A stretch of DNA of 64,000 bases from Acetobacter sp. CAG:977 (GTDB lineage Bacteria > Pseudomonadota > Alphaproteobacteria > CAAGCB01 > CAG-977): the NCBI GenBank assembly GCA_000434295.1, contig HF994934.1, forward strand, positions 140,561-204,560. Reading direction: 5' to 3'. How positions within the stretch are numbered: the stretch's first letter is position 1; each line of letters starts with the position of its first letter. A program made the translations under genes and the position numbers. A model generated the notes under the pieces. It was not told where the DNA came from. It worked only from the letters and a program-made list of their open reading frames with translations, and made no database searches. This document shows, piece after piece, positions 1-9,980 of this stretch.

Positions 1-928
1 TCCGGACGGCATCGCCGGCGTTACAACGGGATTTCGCGATTTGGATACGGTCATGGGCGGTTTGCACCGTTCGGATTTGATTATTTTGGCAGGGCGACCC
101 GCCATGGGAAAAACGGCTTTTGCAACGTGTCTGGCTTTTAATTCGGCTCGCCACTTTCTCGAAAAAGCAGAACCGGGAAAAGAAAAAAAAGGCGTCGCGT
201 TCTTTTCTTTGGAAATGTCGGCTTCTCAGCTGGCTGCCCGTATTTTAGCAACGGAAACACAAACGTCTTCTCATAACTTGAGAAACGGAAAAATCACAAC
301 CGACGAATTTCGCCGAATCGTCGGATTCGCTTCAGAATTGGAAAAAGTCCCCCTCTATGTCGACGATTCCCCCGGATTGACCGTCAGCGCCATACATAAC
401 CGCGCCAGACGGTTAAAACGCGAAAAAGGCTTGGGGCTGATTGTTATTGACTATTTACAGTTAATCGACGATTCAGATACACGGCATCAGGAAAACCGCG
501 TTCAATCTTTGTCCGAAATTACGCGACGGTTAAAAATCATGGCCAAAGAGCTTGACGTTCCCGTCGTCGTATTGTCCCAATTAAGCCGTCAGGTCGAACA
601 ACGCGAAGATAAACGCCCCTTGTTGTCCGATTTGCGTGAATCCGGATCTATCGAACAAGACGCCGACATCGTAATGTTTATTTTCCGCGAAATTTATTAT
701 CTGGAAAAAGAACAACCTATTCCCCGTCAAGGTGAAACGGACGAAAAATTTAACGCCCGCGTCCTGAAATGGGAAGACCACAAGCTTGCCGTCCAGAAAA
801 AAGCCGAGCTGATAATCGCAAAACAGCGCCACGGACCGACCGCGAACATTCCTCTGTTCTTTGAAAGCGAATTTACGCGTTTCGGAAACTGGGCGGAACC
901 GGCCGATTTGAATACTCCTGCGGGCTAA
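1..928 (+). CDS. dnaB: Replicative DNA helicase DnaB, C-terminal RecA-like domain; 5' end lies outside the window
   Basis: Walker A 'GRPAMGKT', DnaB C-terminal motifs (SQLSRQVEQR, IIAKQRHGPT); the ORF is open to the window start. Confidence 0.9.
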   Translation, partial: PDGIAGVTTGFRDLDTVMGGLHRSDLIILAGRPAMGKTAFATCLAFNSARHFLEKAEPGKEKKGVAFFSLEMSASQLAARILATETQTSSHNLRNGKITTDEFRRIVGFASELEKVPLYVDDSPGLTVSAIHNRARRLKREKGLGLIVIDYLQLIDDSDTRHQENRVQSLSEITRRLKIMAKELDVPVVVLSQLSRQVEQREDKRPLLSDLRESGSIEQDADIVMFIFREIYYLEKEQPIPRQGETDEKFNARVLKWEDHKLAVQKKAELIIAKQRHGPTANIPLFFESEFTRFGNWAEPADLNTPAG

Positions 929-2115
929 ATCAGCGTCGCCATAAACGATAAAAGTTCCTGACGATTCGGGCGCGCATTTTTTGAAAGCCAGTATTCTTTT
1001 ACGCAGGCTAAAATTTCTCCCGCCCGTTTGCCCGTAACGCCGGCGGCAATAACGTCTGATCCCGAAAAACAAAACGGCGGAATCTTTATGTCTTTTATTT
1101 TTTTGCCGACGGAAAGCCAACGGGCATCGTTTGTAACCGCCGCCGCAAGAAAAGCCGCCGTTTCCGCATCTTTTTCAAAGCGTTCTTTAAACCGCAACAG
1201 CCCGTTTTCCGAAAACGCCGCACAAGAAGAATAAACGTCCTCTTTGCCCGTTTTTAACAAAAAACCCGCATCTTTTTTTGAAAGCTTCCAACGTTTGGAA
1301 AATTCATTTCTTGTTGTTTCCCGAAACGGCAACAACGCCGAAAAACGCCACATTACCGAAGCCGAAGGGCAATATTGCGTAAAACGTTCCAAAGCATCCG
1401 TGTTCGGAGAAACGGGGAAAAAAAATTCGGAATACCCGCAATCGACGGCGGTTTTCAAGCCCGAAGCCGCCCGATTTGAAGAAACAAGCGCAAAAAATTC
1501 CCCCCTTAAACGGTCGGTCGAAAGCTTTTTAACTCCTTCGATACTTTCGCGGCACGCTTTCAGCGTTTCTTTGTCGGGCGGACGCTTTGCGTAGCGGGCA
1601 TAAAACCGAAAAAACCTTAAAACCCTGAGATAATCTTCCCGTATCCTTGCCGACGGGTCGCCGATAAAGCGGACGATACCGGCTTTTAAATCGTCAATAC
1701 CCCCGAAAAAGTCAAACACGTTACCTTGAAAATCCGCATACAGCGCATTTATCGTCAAATCGCGGCGGGAAGCGTCTTCCTTCCAGTCTTTTGAAAAAGC
1801 GACAACCGCATGGCGTCCGTCGGTGGCAATATCTTTGCGCAACGTCGTGATTTCGGCTTTTTTTAAATCCTTGCCGTTGATCAGTACCGTCAAAGTTCCG
1901 TGTTCTATGCCCGTCGGAATAATGCGGAAATGCGGTTCAAGACGTTCTTTGACTTCGGCGGGCAAAAGCGGCGTTGCCAAATCCGTATCGTTCGGCGTTG
2001 CCCCCAACAACGTATCGCGAACGCAACCGCCGACGAAACGTACCTGATCATCCAAAAGACAAAAAAGATGTTTCAATTCTTTTGATTCCGCCCAAAACGG
2101 CGCTTGAATCTTCAT
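925..2115 (-). CDS. cca: tRNA nucleotidyltransferase (CCA-adding enzyme) / poly(A) polymerase family
   Basis: Head-domain motif 'GGCVRDTLLG...NDTDLAT'; 396 aa; translationally coupled to the small upstream ORF. Confidence 0.85.
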   Translation of the reverse strand: MKIQAPFWAESKELKHLFCLLDDQVRFVGGCVRDTLLGATPNDTDLATPLLPAEVKERLEPHFRIIPTGIEHGTLTVLINGKDLKKAEITTLRKDIATDGRHAVVAFSKDWKEDASRRDLTINALYADFQGNVFDFFGGIDDLKAGIVRFIGDPSARIREDYLRVLRFFRFYARYAKRPPDKETLKACRESIEGVKKLSTDRLRGEFFALVSSNRAASGLKTAVDCGYSEFFFPVSPNTDALERFTQYCPSASVMWRFSALLPFRETTRNEFSKRWKLSKKDAGFLLKTGKEDVYSSCAAFSENGLLRFKERFEKDAETAAFLAAAVTNDARWLSVGKKIKDIKIPPFCFSGSDVIAAGVTGKRAGEILACVKEYWLSKNARPNRQELLSFMATLI

Positions 2116-2369
2116 TTTCGGACGCTTTCAAAGTGAGCGGGCGTCAATACGCCGTTTTCAAAATGCGCCGGTACATAAGAACTGAACGCAGGAAAGCGCC
2201 CCGCCGACGAAAATGCCGAAAGCGTCAATACCGCAAGGGCAACCCCCGAAACCAAAAGCTTTTCGTATGGCGGACGTTTCAAAGAGCGTTTTTTGATTTT
2301 TCGGTTTAAAATCCACACGCCCCAAGGAACAAATAACGGCACAACAAAACAAATCATAAATCTAAACAT
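2112..2369 (-). CDS. Small two-TM membrane protein filling the nudix-cca gap
   Basis: 85-aa ORF with two hydrophobic helices. It overlaps the cca start by 4 bp and the nudix stop by 16 bp, which suggests coupled translation. Confidence 0.35.
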   Translation of the reverse strand: MFRFMICFVVPLFVPWGVWILNRKIKKRSLKRPPYEKLLVSGVALAVLTLSAFSSAGRFPAFSSYVPAHFENGVLTPAHFESVRK

Positions 2370-2944
2370 ACCGTCCTCAGCCGTGTTTTGAACTCTTCAA
2401 GAATACCTGCCGTAATTCCCCAAATACAATATTTTTCGTAAGTTACGGAGTTTGTTTCCAATTTTTGTCCGTTGCTTTCCGTAAATTCGCGAACAGACCA
2501 GTTTCTGTCGTCGCAAAGGTAATCCAGCGGCACTTCAAAAATTTCTTCCACTTCCGAAGGTTGAGGCGAAAACTCATACGGCGCGAAAAGTCGGGCAACA
2601 ACGGGAACAATCCGATACCCCGTCAAAGTAACATACGGCGGCAGACAACATAAAATTTTGGCATTTTGCCGTTTTAAAGAAATTTCTTCGATCGTTTCCC
2701 GCAGCGCCGTATCGCAAAATGATTTGTCTTCGGGTTCTTTGTGACCTCCGGGAAAAGAAATCTGACCTGCGTGTTCAACCAGATTTCGCGCACGTCTGGT
2801 AAATAAAAGACTGACCTTTCCGTCGCGCTCCAACATGGGAATTAAGACTGCGGCATCCGTCTTGCCTTTAACGGAACCCGCAAAAAAACAAGACGAACAA
2901 AAAGGCTCGCAAAGCCGTTTTTCCAAAAAAGCCATATCAAACAC
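2354..2944 (-). CDS. NUDIX hydrolase, CoA pyrophosphatase (NudL-like)
   Basis: Nudix box 'GGHKEPEDKSFCDTALRETIEEISL' and NudL-type 'LLFTRRA' motif. Confidence 0.85.
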   Translation of the reverse strand: MFDMAFLEKRLCEPFCSSCFFAGSVKGKTDAAVLIPMLERDGKVSLLFTRRARNLVEHAGQISFPGGHKEPEDKSFCDTALRETIEEISLKRQNAKILCCLPPYVTLTGYRIVPVVARLFAPYEFSPQPSEVEEIFEVPLDYLCDDRNWSVREFTESNGQKLETNSVTYEKYCIWGITAGILEEFKTRLRTVCLDL

Positions 2945-3005
2945 TTGAGCCCCGCCTCCGTTGGTTTTATCCTACCTTGCATCCGGATAAAAAAGAAGTC
3001 CTATA

Positions 3006-3509
3006 ATGATAACGCTTTATCCCTGTCAAAACACCGAAGAAGATGCCGAAACCGCTTTTTTATGGCGAAACGACCCTCAAACCGTCGCCGCCGCGTATTA
3101 TCCGCGACCGAAATCCCGCGATTCTTTCTTTATGGAATTCAGAGAATGTTATTTTTTAAATCCCGATCTTCCTCCGCTGTTCATCTTAAACGACGGCTTG
3201 CCCGCCGGATTTATGCGCTTTGAAGTCATCGAACTGCCAGATTTGATCGGAAAAAACGTTGTGGAACTGATGATTAACATTGCTCCGCAATGGCGGAAAA
3301 AAGGCGTCGGAAGCGCTGCTTTGAGTGCCTTGAAACCTTTAATGAAATCAAAGAACGTTCATGTCTTGAGCGCCGATGTCCGAAAAGAAAACATCGCGTC
3401 ACGCCGTCTGTTCGAAAAAAACGGCTTTGCCCTAAGCGGCGAACGCGAAGAATTCATTAAAAAAATTAACGAAAAATGCCAAATTCTTTGCTATCGTTAT
3501 CTTTTATAG
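3006..3509 (+). CDS. GNAT family N-acetyltransferase
   Basis: Acetyl-CoA binding motif 'RKKGVGSAAL'; 167 aa. Confidence 0.7.
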   Translation: MITLYPCQNTEEDAETAFLWRNDPQTVAAAYYPRPKSRDSFFMEFRECYFLNPDLPPLFILNDGLPAGFMRFEVIELPDLIGKNVVELMINIAPQWRKKGVGSAALSALKPLMKSKNVHVLSADVRKENIASRRLFEKNGFALSGEREEFIKKINEKCQILCYRYLL

Positions 3510-3562
3510 AGATTTTTTAATTTTTTTCATCAATACTGAAAAAAACAAGCACAGGAAAAATA

Positions 3563-4702
3563 ATGGGTACCGCAACATACTTTCTGTTCCTTTTCGGCGT
3601 TTTTATCGCCGGCATGGTTGTGATGACGGCTTATTACCTTTTTTCGGAACGCCGCGAATTTATGGAAATCTCCGATCAGCCGTTCCGGTGCCGATTGAAT
3701 AAAGCCGGTGCTATCCAAAGCCTGTTTTTGATTCTGGCTTGCGTTTTGTTCTGTTTTCTTTGTCCCGACAAAGAATGGATTAAAAACAATCAAATGTATT
3801 TCGTGTGCGCTTTGTTCGCAGGGTTCGGGTTGATCGGACTCGTCCCTTTAAAAAACAAAGCCTGTCATGTTGGTGTTGCGTTTCTTCAAATCGCGGGAAT
3901 TGCCGCAGCCTTGCTTTTGTTGCCCGAAAATTCGTTCTTTTTCAATTTTGATATCCCGAAATGGCTCGACAAAGTTTGTGCAGGAGCTTTGTGGTTCGCT
4001 GTTTTGCGGTTGCTGATGCGAATGGATAAGCTGGATTCCTTTACGGCCGTACAAGGAACGTCCGTCGGATTGGCTTGTGCCGCCGCTTTGTTCGTAACGA
4101 TCCCCCTGTCTGCCGTTTTTTTCCAGTTTGCCGGCATCTTGTTTGCCGTCAGCGCCGTCTTATGCATCTTTTTTGCTTTGGGTTCCGAAATCCCGTCATC
4201 ACCCGTTTTCAAAAACGTTTTTGCGTTTGCCGTCAGTTGGGCGGCTTTTTACATGGCGTCACAAGGTCGCTGGGGAAACGGCGCTTTGTTGCTGGCGTAT
4301 CCGTTAGCCGAAGCCGTCATCTTTGCCTGCAGAAGCATTAAAGGCGCCCTGTTAAAAGAAAAACCGCTCTTCCTGTTTGAAAGCCTGCAAAACAGAAATT
4401 TTCCCGATTGGTACATCATACGTTACGTTTTCAGACGGAATTTGTTGCTTGACGGTTTGTTCTTGTTGTCTTTAATGGCGCAAAAACAATATCAGCCCGT
4501 CATCTTGGCAGGATTGTTCATGCTGGATTACTATCTGCGCGCCGTTTCGCCCAAACGCGACGATTCAATAAAAAGCTTGTTTAAAAATATGACCAAAGAC
4601 GCCAAAAAAAGCTTTAAAGAAACAAATAAGGCTTTCTCCGACTTAAAAGAAATGTACAAAAATAAATCGGAAAACAAACAAGGCAAATCCGATGATAAAT
4701 GA
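3563..4702 (+). CDS. Polytopic inner-membrane protein of unknown function (about 10 TM) with a Lys-rich C-terminal tail
   Basis: Hydrophobic-helix periodicity over roughly 330 aa. Overlaps the rsmB start by 11 bp, so likely co-transcribed. Confidence 0.6.
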   Translation: MGTATYFLFLFGVFIAGMVVMTAYYLFSERREFMEISDQPFRCRLNKAGAIQSLFLILACVLFCFLCPDKEWIKNNQMYFVCALFAGFGLIGLVPLKNKACHVGVAFLQIAGIAAALLLLPENSFFFNFDIPKWLDKVCAGALWFAVLRLLMRMDKLDSFTAVQGTSVGLACAAALFVTIPLSAVFFQFAGILFAVSAVLCIFFALGSEIPSSPVFKNVFAFAVSWAAFYMASQGRWGNGALLLAYPLAEAVIFACRSIKGALLKEKPLFLFESLQNRNFPDWYIIRYVFRRNLLLDGLFLLSLMAQKQYQPVILAGLFMLDYYLRAVSPKRDDSIKSLFKNMTKDAKKSFKETNKAFSDLKEMYKNKSENKQGKSDDK

Positions 4703-6008
4703 AGAAACGCTGACCCGGCACATCGCCGTTGAAATTTTTTCTGCCGTTTTGCGCAACGCAAAAGGATTGGAAGAAGAATTCGCCGCAAAAATGGCGGAAC
4801 AAGACAAAAAACATCCTTTGGAAACCCGAGACAGGACTTTCATCCGTCTGCTGGTTACGACAACGCTGCGGCGTTTGGGGCAAATCGATAATATTCTCGC
4901 CAGATATTTGAAAAAACCCCTGCCCGAAAGAGCGGCTTATGTCTTGGATGCGCTGCGTCTGTCAACGGCTCAGCTGGTTTTTTTAAACACGCCTCCCCAT
5001 GCGGCGGTCTCGACCGGCGTTTCTTTGGTAAAATCTTGGGGAATCGGCGGATTCGCAGGCCTTGCCAATGCCGTCCTGCGCCGTATTTCAACCGAAGGAA
5101 AAGAAATAGCCGCTGCGCAAAATGCGCCTGAAATGAATATTCCTTCTTGGCTGTTGCGCGTTTGGGAAAAAACTTTCGGCAAAAAAACGGCATATCTGAT
5201 CGCCGAAGCAGGATTACAAGAAGCTCCGTTGGATTTTTCGGTCAAGCAAGATCCCGAAAAATGGGCGGAAAAACTGGAAGCAACCGTTATGCCGACGGGG
5301 ACTCTCAGACGGGCAAAGTCGGCTTCCGTTCCTTCTTTGCCGGGATTTGAAAACGGTGAATGGTGGGTGCAGGATTTGTCCGCCGCGTTGCCCGCAAAAC
5401 TGCTTAAAGACATTGAAGATAAACGTGTCATTGATATTTGTGCCGCTCCCGGCGGGAAAACCGCTCAGCTGGTCATGGCCGGTGCCGAAGTTACGGCGTT
5501 GGATATTTCGGCAAACCGACTGAAACGGCTGACGGACAACATGAACCGTTTAAAAATGTCCGTCGAAATCATTACGGCGGACGCACGAAAATGGTGGGCG
5601 GAAGAAGGCGGCGTTTCCGAACGGTTTGACGCCGTACTTTTGGATGCCCCCTGCTCGGCAACGGGAACGTTGCGACGCCATCCCGACGTCGTTTGGCACA
5701 GAACTCCCGAAGATATTCTGCGCCTGAACAAAGCTCAAAAAGAATTGTTGGTAACGGCGCTGGATATGTTGGATGACGGCGGAGAATTGGTCTATTGCGT
5801 TTGTTCGCTTTTGCCGTCTGAAGGCGTCAGAATCATTGATGCCGCCGTCGAAAAAGGGTTGGCCGAACGCATCCCCGTCACAAAAGACGAAGTCCCCGAC
5901 TTTATGATTACGCCAAAAGGCGATTTGTGCGTTTTGCCGTTCTTTTACAAAGAATCGGGCGGATGCGACGGATTTTATGCCGCACGATTGCGAAAAAAAG
6001 GCGCTTAA
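4692..6008 (+). CDS. rsmB: 16S rRNA (cytosine967-C5)-methyltransferase RsmB/Sun
   Basis: N-terminal NusB-like region, SAM motif 'DICAAPGGKT', catalytic 'DAPCSATGT' and 'CVCSL'. Confidence 0.9.
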   Translation: MINEETLTRHIAVEIFSAVLRNAKGLEEEFAAKMAEQDKKHPLETRDRTFIRLLVTTTLRRLGQIDNILARYLKKPLPERAAYVLDALRLSTAQLVFLNTPPHAAVSTGVSLVKSWGIGGFAGLANAVLRRISTEGKEIAAAQNAPEMNIPSWLLRVWEKTFGKKTAYLIAEAGLQEAPLDFSVKQDPEKWAEKLEATVMPTGTLRRAKSASVPSLPGFENGEWWVQDLSAALPAKLLKDIEDKRVIDICAAPGGKTAQLVMAGAEVTALDISANRLKRLTDNMNRLKMSVEIITADARKWWAEEGGVSERFDAVLLDAPCSATGTLRRHPDVVWHRTPEDILRLNKAQKELLVTALDMLDDGGELVYCVCSLLPSEGVRIIDAAVEKGLAERIPVTKDEVPDFMITPKGDLCVLPFFYKESGGCDGFYAARLRKKGA

Positions 6009-6011
6009 ACC

Positions 6012-7097
6012 ATGAATACCGTGCTTTATCCCTTTATCGAAGAAACTTTTTGCGAAGAAACCGAAGGCGCCGTTACCGAAATTTGCAAGCTCGGACATTC
6101 GGGAATCGTCAATCCGATGTTCATCGTCAACAGGCACGGCAGAATTACGGATTTGTTCAAACGCGAAAGAGTATCTTTTTTTGAACTGGGGATTAAACGT
6201 TTGGTCGGCACAAATGATTTTTATTTGAAAACTTTGTTCCGCCTGTTTTCTTCCAGCATGCCTTTGTTTATTTTTTTGCGGACGCATCAAATCAATGCCG
6301 TCCATTTTCATGACGCGTCTTCCGCTTTGTCGTGGGCAAGCGCCGTCAAAATGTACCGCATTCCTTTCATCGTGTCCCTTCAGACACCCGAAAAGTATTC
6401 CAGATATGCTCTGTTGACCCTGAAAGACGCTGCCCGCCTGACGTGTCCGACGCAAACGGTCAAAGATTTTCTGCCTTCCGTCATTCGCGATCGGGTTAAA
6501 ATCATGCCGACCATGGAAAGCGTGCCTTTCGTTAATGAAAAACAGGCTTTGAAAATCAGAAAAGACTTCTTTAAAAAGGAACGCCTTGATGAAGATACCG
6601 TCATTTTGGCGGCAGAAACGGGTGAAAATCTGTCCCATATCGAACAATTCGCCCGCGCGTTGAGCGAAAAAACAGGGCATAAGGTCTTGATTTTTATTAA
6701 CAGAGCCGGTGAAAATACTGAAAATTTGCGCTTTGTGGAAAAAGATTTTTCCGATATTTTCCCTCTTTGCCGCGCTTTTGCGGGGTTAAAGCCCATGTGC
6801 ATGAATTCTGCGACGTCTTATCGGGCGATGCTGTCCGGATTGCCTGTTTTCGCGTTGGCGGAAGGGGCTTATCCCGAATTTATTTTTGAAAACGAAACGG
6901 GATTTTTAATGCGGACGTTCAAACCCGAAGAACAAGCCGAAATCGTTGCTCAAAAGCTTGCCGATGCCGAACAAATATCCAAAACGGGCAAACAGGCAAA
7001 AGAAAGCATGGACATTATGTTTAAAAACACCGAAACGCTGTGGAAAAGCATGTTTGCGGAGCTGTGGGCTTCGCGCAAAGGGTTTTCCAAAAAATAG
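6012..7097 (+). CDS. Glycosyltransferase family 4 (GT-B, group 1)-like protein, possibly degenerate
   Basis: GT4-like N-terminal 'INAVHFHDASSALSWASAVKMYRIPFIVSLQ' and C-terminal 'LSGLPVFALAEGAYPEFIFENETGFL'. The first Glu of the EX7E motif appears to be missing. Confidence 0.5.
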   Translation: MNTVLYPFIEETFCEETEGAVTEICKLGHSGIVNPMFIVNRHGRITDLFKRERVSFFELGIKRLVGTNDFYLKTLFRLFSSSMPLFIFLRTHQINAVHFHDASSALSWASAVKMYRIPFIVSLQTPEKYSRYALLTLKDAARLTCPTQTVKDFLPSVIRDRVKIMPTMESVPFVNEKQALKIRKDFFKKERLDEDTVILAAETGENLSHIEQFARALSEKTGHKVLIFINRAGENTENLRFVEKDFSDIFPLCRAFAGLKPMCMNSATSYRAMLSGLPVFALAEGAYPEFIFENETGFLMRTFKPEEQAEIVAQKLADAEQISKTGKQAKESMDIMFKNTETLWKSMFAELWASRKGFSKK

Positions 7098-7111
7098 AAA
7101 GGAAATCAGAC

Positions 7112-7660
7112 GTGAAAAAGATTTTTTTATCGCTTTTGCTGACGTTTTGCGCCGTTCCCGCGTTTGCTCAAGGCAATCCGGCGATGCTGAACCCGAAACA
7201 GGTCAAGCAAATCGGCGTTTTTGACGATTGGACGGCTTATATTTACGAAACGAAAAAGGAAAAAGTCTGTTACGTTGCATCCATGCCGTTTAAATCGGCA
7301 GGAGAATATACCCGCCGCGGCGACGTGTTTTTGATGGTTTCCCACCGCCCCAAAGAAGATTTGTTCGATGTCCTGACCGTCGTTGCCGGATATATGTATA
7401 TGCCCAGATCCGAAGCCGTCTTTCGCGTCGGAACTTTAAAAGCCAATCTCTTTACGCATCAAGACACCGCTTGGGCAAAAAATTTGCGCACCGACAGCGA
7501 AATCGCCGAACAAATGCATAAAGGCGTACGGGCAACCTTAAGAGGAACCAGCATTGAAAACGTTGAAACTTACGACACGTTTTCTTTAAAAGGCTTTAAC
7601 AACGCCATGGATGCCATCAACCGCCTGTGCCGCACGAAACAAACAGAACCCAAAAACTAA
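7112..7660 (+). CDS. ialB: Invasion-associated locus B (IalB) family periplasmic protein
   Basis: GTG start preceded by an AAGGA RBS; signal peptide 'VKKIFLSLLLTFCAVPAFAQ'; IalB-family body. The 7040 ORF start overlaps the preceding gene and is unlikely to be the real start. Confidence 0.8.
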   Translation: MKKIFLSLLLTFCAVPAFAQGNPAMLNPKQVKQIGVFDDWTAYIYETKKEKVCYVASMPFKSAGEYTRRGDVFLMVSHRPKEDLFDVLTVVAGYMYMPRSEAVFRVGTLKANLFTHQDTAWAKNLRTDSEIAEQMHKGVRATLRGTSIENVETYDTFSLKGFNNAMDAINRLCRTKQTEPKN

Positions 7661-7695
7661 AAGTCCCTTAAAACCCTGTTTTCCCGAAAAGGGTT

Positions 7696-8220
7696 TTGTA
7701 TCGTTCAAAAGAAAGTGCTATGCTTCAAGTTAAGAAAAACAATCAGAGGCCTTTTATGATGACAGATACTCCTCCCGTTGATCCGGTTCGCCAGGAATTC
7801 ATCGATATGTACGAGGAAACCCTCGTCGACGCCATGGAAGCCAAAAATAACGATATCTCCGAAGACGAAGAACGAAATTTGCGTATCGATGCCATGGTTG
7901 ACGTCGCCATGCGCGTCCGCAAAGATTTGGATCCTTTGCTGGCAAACAAGCTTAAATCCCTTGAAAACCTGAAAGACTACAAACAATACCTGCTTTCGGA
8001 ATTCAAGCTGTTGGGATTTGTGCCGCGTCATGATTCGGCTCATGTCTTTGCCGAATACCTGTTGATGTCGATTATGGACGAATTCGAAGCCGAAGATATT
8101 ATCGATTTTTCTTATTTGGGCGACGAATTAAACAGCGCTTATGCTTCGGCTCCCGACGATTATAAAGGGACTTTGCGCGAATTGCGCCGCATTTTCCCGT
8201 GGGGAAACTTAATTGATTAA
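7696..8220 (+). CDS. Acidic cytoplasmic hypothetical protein (start uncertain; possibly Met at 7756)
   Basis: 174-aa ORF with no shadow partner, followed by a clean rho-independent terminator. Confidence 0.5.
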   Translation: MYRSKESAMLQVKKNNQRPFMMTDTPPVDPVRQEFIDMYEETLVDAMEAKNNDISEDEERNLRIDAMVDVAMRVRKDLDPLLANKLKSLENLKDYKQYLLSEFKLLGFVPRHDSAHVFAEYLLMSIMDEFEAEDIIDFSYLGDELNSAYASAPDDYKGTLRELRRIFPWGNLID

Positions 8221-8242
8221 ATCAGGTTTTTAAAATTAAAAA

Positions 8243-8266
8243 GGGGCTTTCTTAAGCCCCTTTTTT
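8243..8266. terminator. Bidirectional rho-independent terminator (GGGGCTT-tctt-AAGCCCC + T6)
   Basis: GC stem plus T-run in the convergent gap; it overlaps the SDR stop codon. Confidence 0.7.
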
Positions 8267-9067
8267 CGGCAACCGTGTCAAAACGACATCGGCAATAAAC
8301 GACGGCATTGCCCCCGTCAACCATGACGCAAAAGCCAGCGGAAACGGAAACGTAATGCGCCCTTTGTTTTTTGAAAGCCCCTTGGCGATAATCTTTGCCG
8401 CTTTGTCCGCCTGCATAAAAAAAGGCATCGGAAATTTGTTTTTTTCGGTAATACGGGACGCCACAAATCCGGGACAGACGACATTCACCTCGATTCCTTC
8501 GGGTGCCAGCCAGCCCCGTAAAGCCTCTCCCCATGCGCGTACGGCGTTTTTGCTGCCCGAGTATGCCGGCGCCGACGGCAAGCCTCTGTAGCCCGCCAAA
8601 GAGCTGATTACGGCGATTTGTCCGGACTTTCTTAAACGAAGCTTTTGCATGGCGGGAAGAACCGTGTTTAAAACACCGCCGACGTTCACTGAAAAAATTT
8701 GCCGCGTTTGAGCTTCGGTTTCGCCTTCGGGACCGCCGGGCCCCGCAGAAACACCCGCATTCGCGATAACCAAATCCAACGGCGCAATTTCGTCGCTGTC
8801 AAAAATCCAGTCGCGCATCGATGCTTCGTCCGTTACATCTAAAACTTTCGCATAAACCGAAGCCCCTTTTTGACGGCACCGTTCCTCCACCGCATTCAAT
8901 CGTTCTTCGTTGCGCGCACATAAAAACATCGTTCGTCCCGCTTCGGCGTAAAATAATGACAACGCTTCGCCGATGCCGCTTGACGCTCCCGTAATTAAAA
9001 TATTTTTCGGATTCTTCATTTTTTGTTTCCCTGTTTGAATCGGTTTTATGTAAGGTAAGTCAATCAA
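8252..9067 (-). CDS. Short-chain dehydrogenase/reductase (SDR)
   Basis: 'ILITGASSGIGEAL' NAD(P)-binding motif; YxxxK region 'YSGSK'. Confidence 0.85.
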   Translation of the reverse strand: MIDLPYIKPIQTGKQKMKNPKNILITGASSGIGEALSLFYAEAGRTMFLCARNEERLNAVEERCRQKGASVYAKVLDVTDEASMRDWIFDSDEIAPLDLVIANAGVSAGPGGPEGETEAQTRQIFSVNVGGVLNTVLPAMQKLRLRKSGQIAVISSLAGYRGLPSAPAYSGSKNAVRAWGEALRGWLAPEGIEVNVVCPGFVASRITEKNKFPMPFFMQADKAAKIIAKGLSKNKGRITFPFPLAFASWLTGAMPSFIADVVLTRLPKKGA

Positions 9068-9090
9068 CAGGCTAAATAAAGGGGCTTTTC

Positions 9091-9969
9091 ATGGAAAGTA
9101 TGACGGGATTCGGCTCTGCCAGTGCAGAAAACGGAATTTCATGGACATGGACACTCAGAAGCGTGAACGGAAAAACCATGGATGTCCGCGTACGATTGCC
9201 TTCGGGATATGATTTTTTGGAACAATCGCTGCGCGAAGCATTGCGCAAAAATTTTGTACGCGGCAGTTTTACCGCGTCTTTGGACGTGTCGGAAGATAAC
9301 GAAAAATCTTCTTCTTTCGTGATTAACGAAGATTTATTGAAAAAATTGTGCCGTCTGGCCACCGAATATCAAGACACTTATCCGCATTTGCGCCCTGCTT
9401 CCATTGACGGACTGATGAACGTTCGCGGCGTCGTCGAAAGCGCTCAAGACCCGAAAGACGCTTTGGAAAAACGCAAAGAAGCTTTGATTGCTTCTTTGGA
9501 AGAAGCCGTCAAAGCCTTAAAGGCTTCGCGTCGTGCCGAAGGCCTTAAAATGGAGGCTCCGCTGACCGACCAAATCGATAAAATCGAAGAGCTGGTCAAA
9601 AAAGCGCAAAGCTTGGCAGGCGTTCAGCCCGAACGAATCAAAAATGCTTTAAAAGAACGCTTTGAGGCTTTAAAAGAAAGCGTTTCCGACGTTTCGGAAG
9701 ACCGCTTTTTACAGGAAGTTTCCGTCCTGATGTTGCGTGCCGACGTGCGCGAAGAACTTGACAGGCTGGAAGCTCATGTCAAAACGGCGCGCGAGCTGTT
9801 GTTGGAAAACGGAGCGGTCGGCAAAAAAATAGATTTTTTATGTCAGGAATTTAACCGCGAAACCAATACGCTTTGTTCAAAATCTTCGGACATAGAATTG
9901 ACGCGTATCGGAATGGCGTTAAAATCCGTAATCGACCAGTTTAGGGAACAAATTCAAAATATCGAATAA
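9091..9969 (+). CDS. yicC: YicC family stress-induced protein
   Basis: Canonical N-terminus 'MESMTGFG'; 292 aa; positioned upstream of gmk as in many bacteria. Confidence 0.85.
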   Translation: MESMTGFGSASAENGISWTWTLRSVNGKTMDVRVRLPSGYDFLEQSLREALRKNFVRGSFTASLDVSEDNEKSSSFVINEDLLKKLCRLATEYQDTYPHLRPASIDGLMNVRGVVESAQDPKDALEKRKEALIASLEEAVKALKASRRAEGLKMEAPLTDQIDKIEELVKKAQSLAGVQPERIKNALKERFEALKESVSDVSEDRFLQEVSVLMLRADVREELDRLEAHVKTARELLLENGAVGKKIDFLCQEFNRETNTLCSKSSDIELTRIGMALKSVIDQFREQIQNIE

Positions 9970-9980
9970 AGGAACATGCC

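Noticed and set aside
581-1120. Antisense/shadow ORFs inside well-supported genes (e.g. 581..1120, 5550..6680, 10074..10529, 11108..11800, 27969..28433, 29682..30203, 46007..46792, 48354..49127, 54027..54599, 55623..56396)
   Set aside because: Each lies opposite a gene with strong family motifs and has biased, Arg/Ser-rich composition typical of shadow frames.
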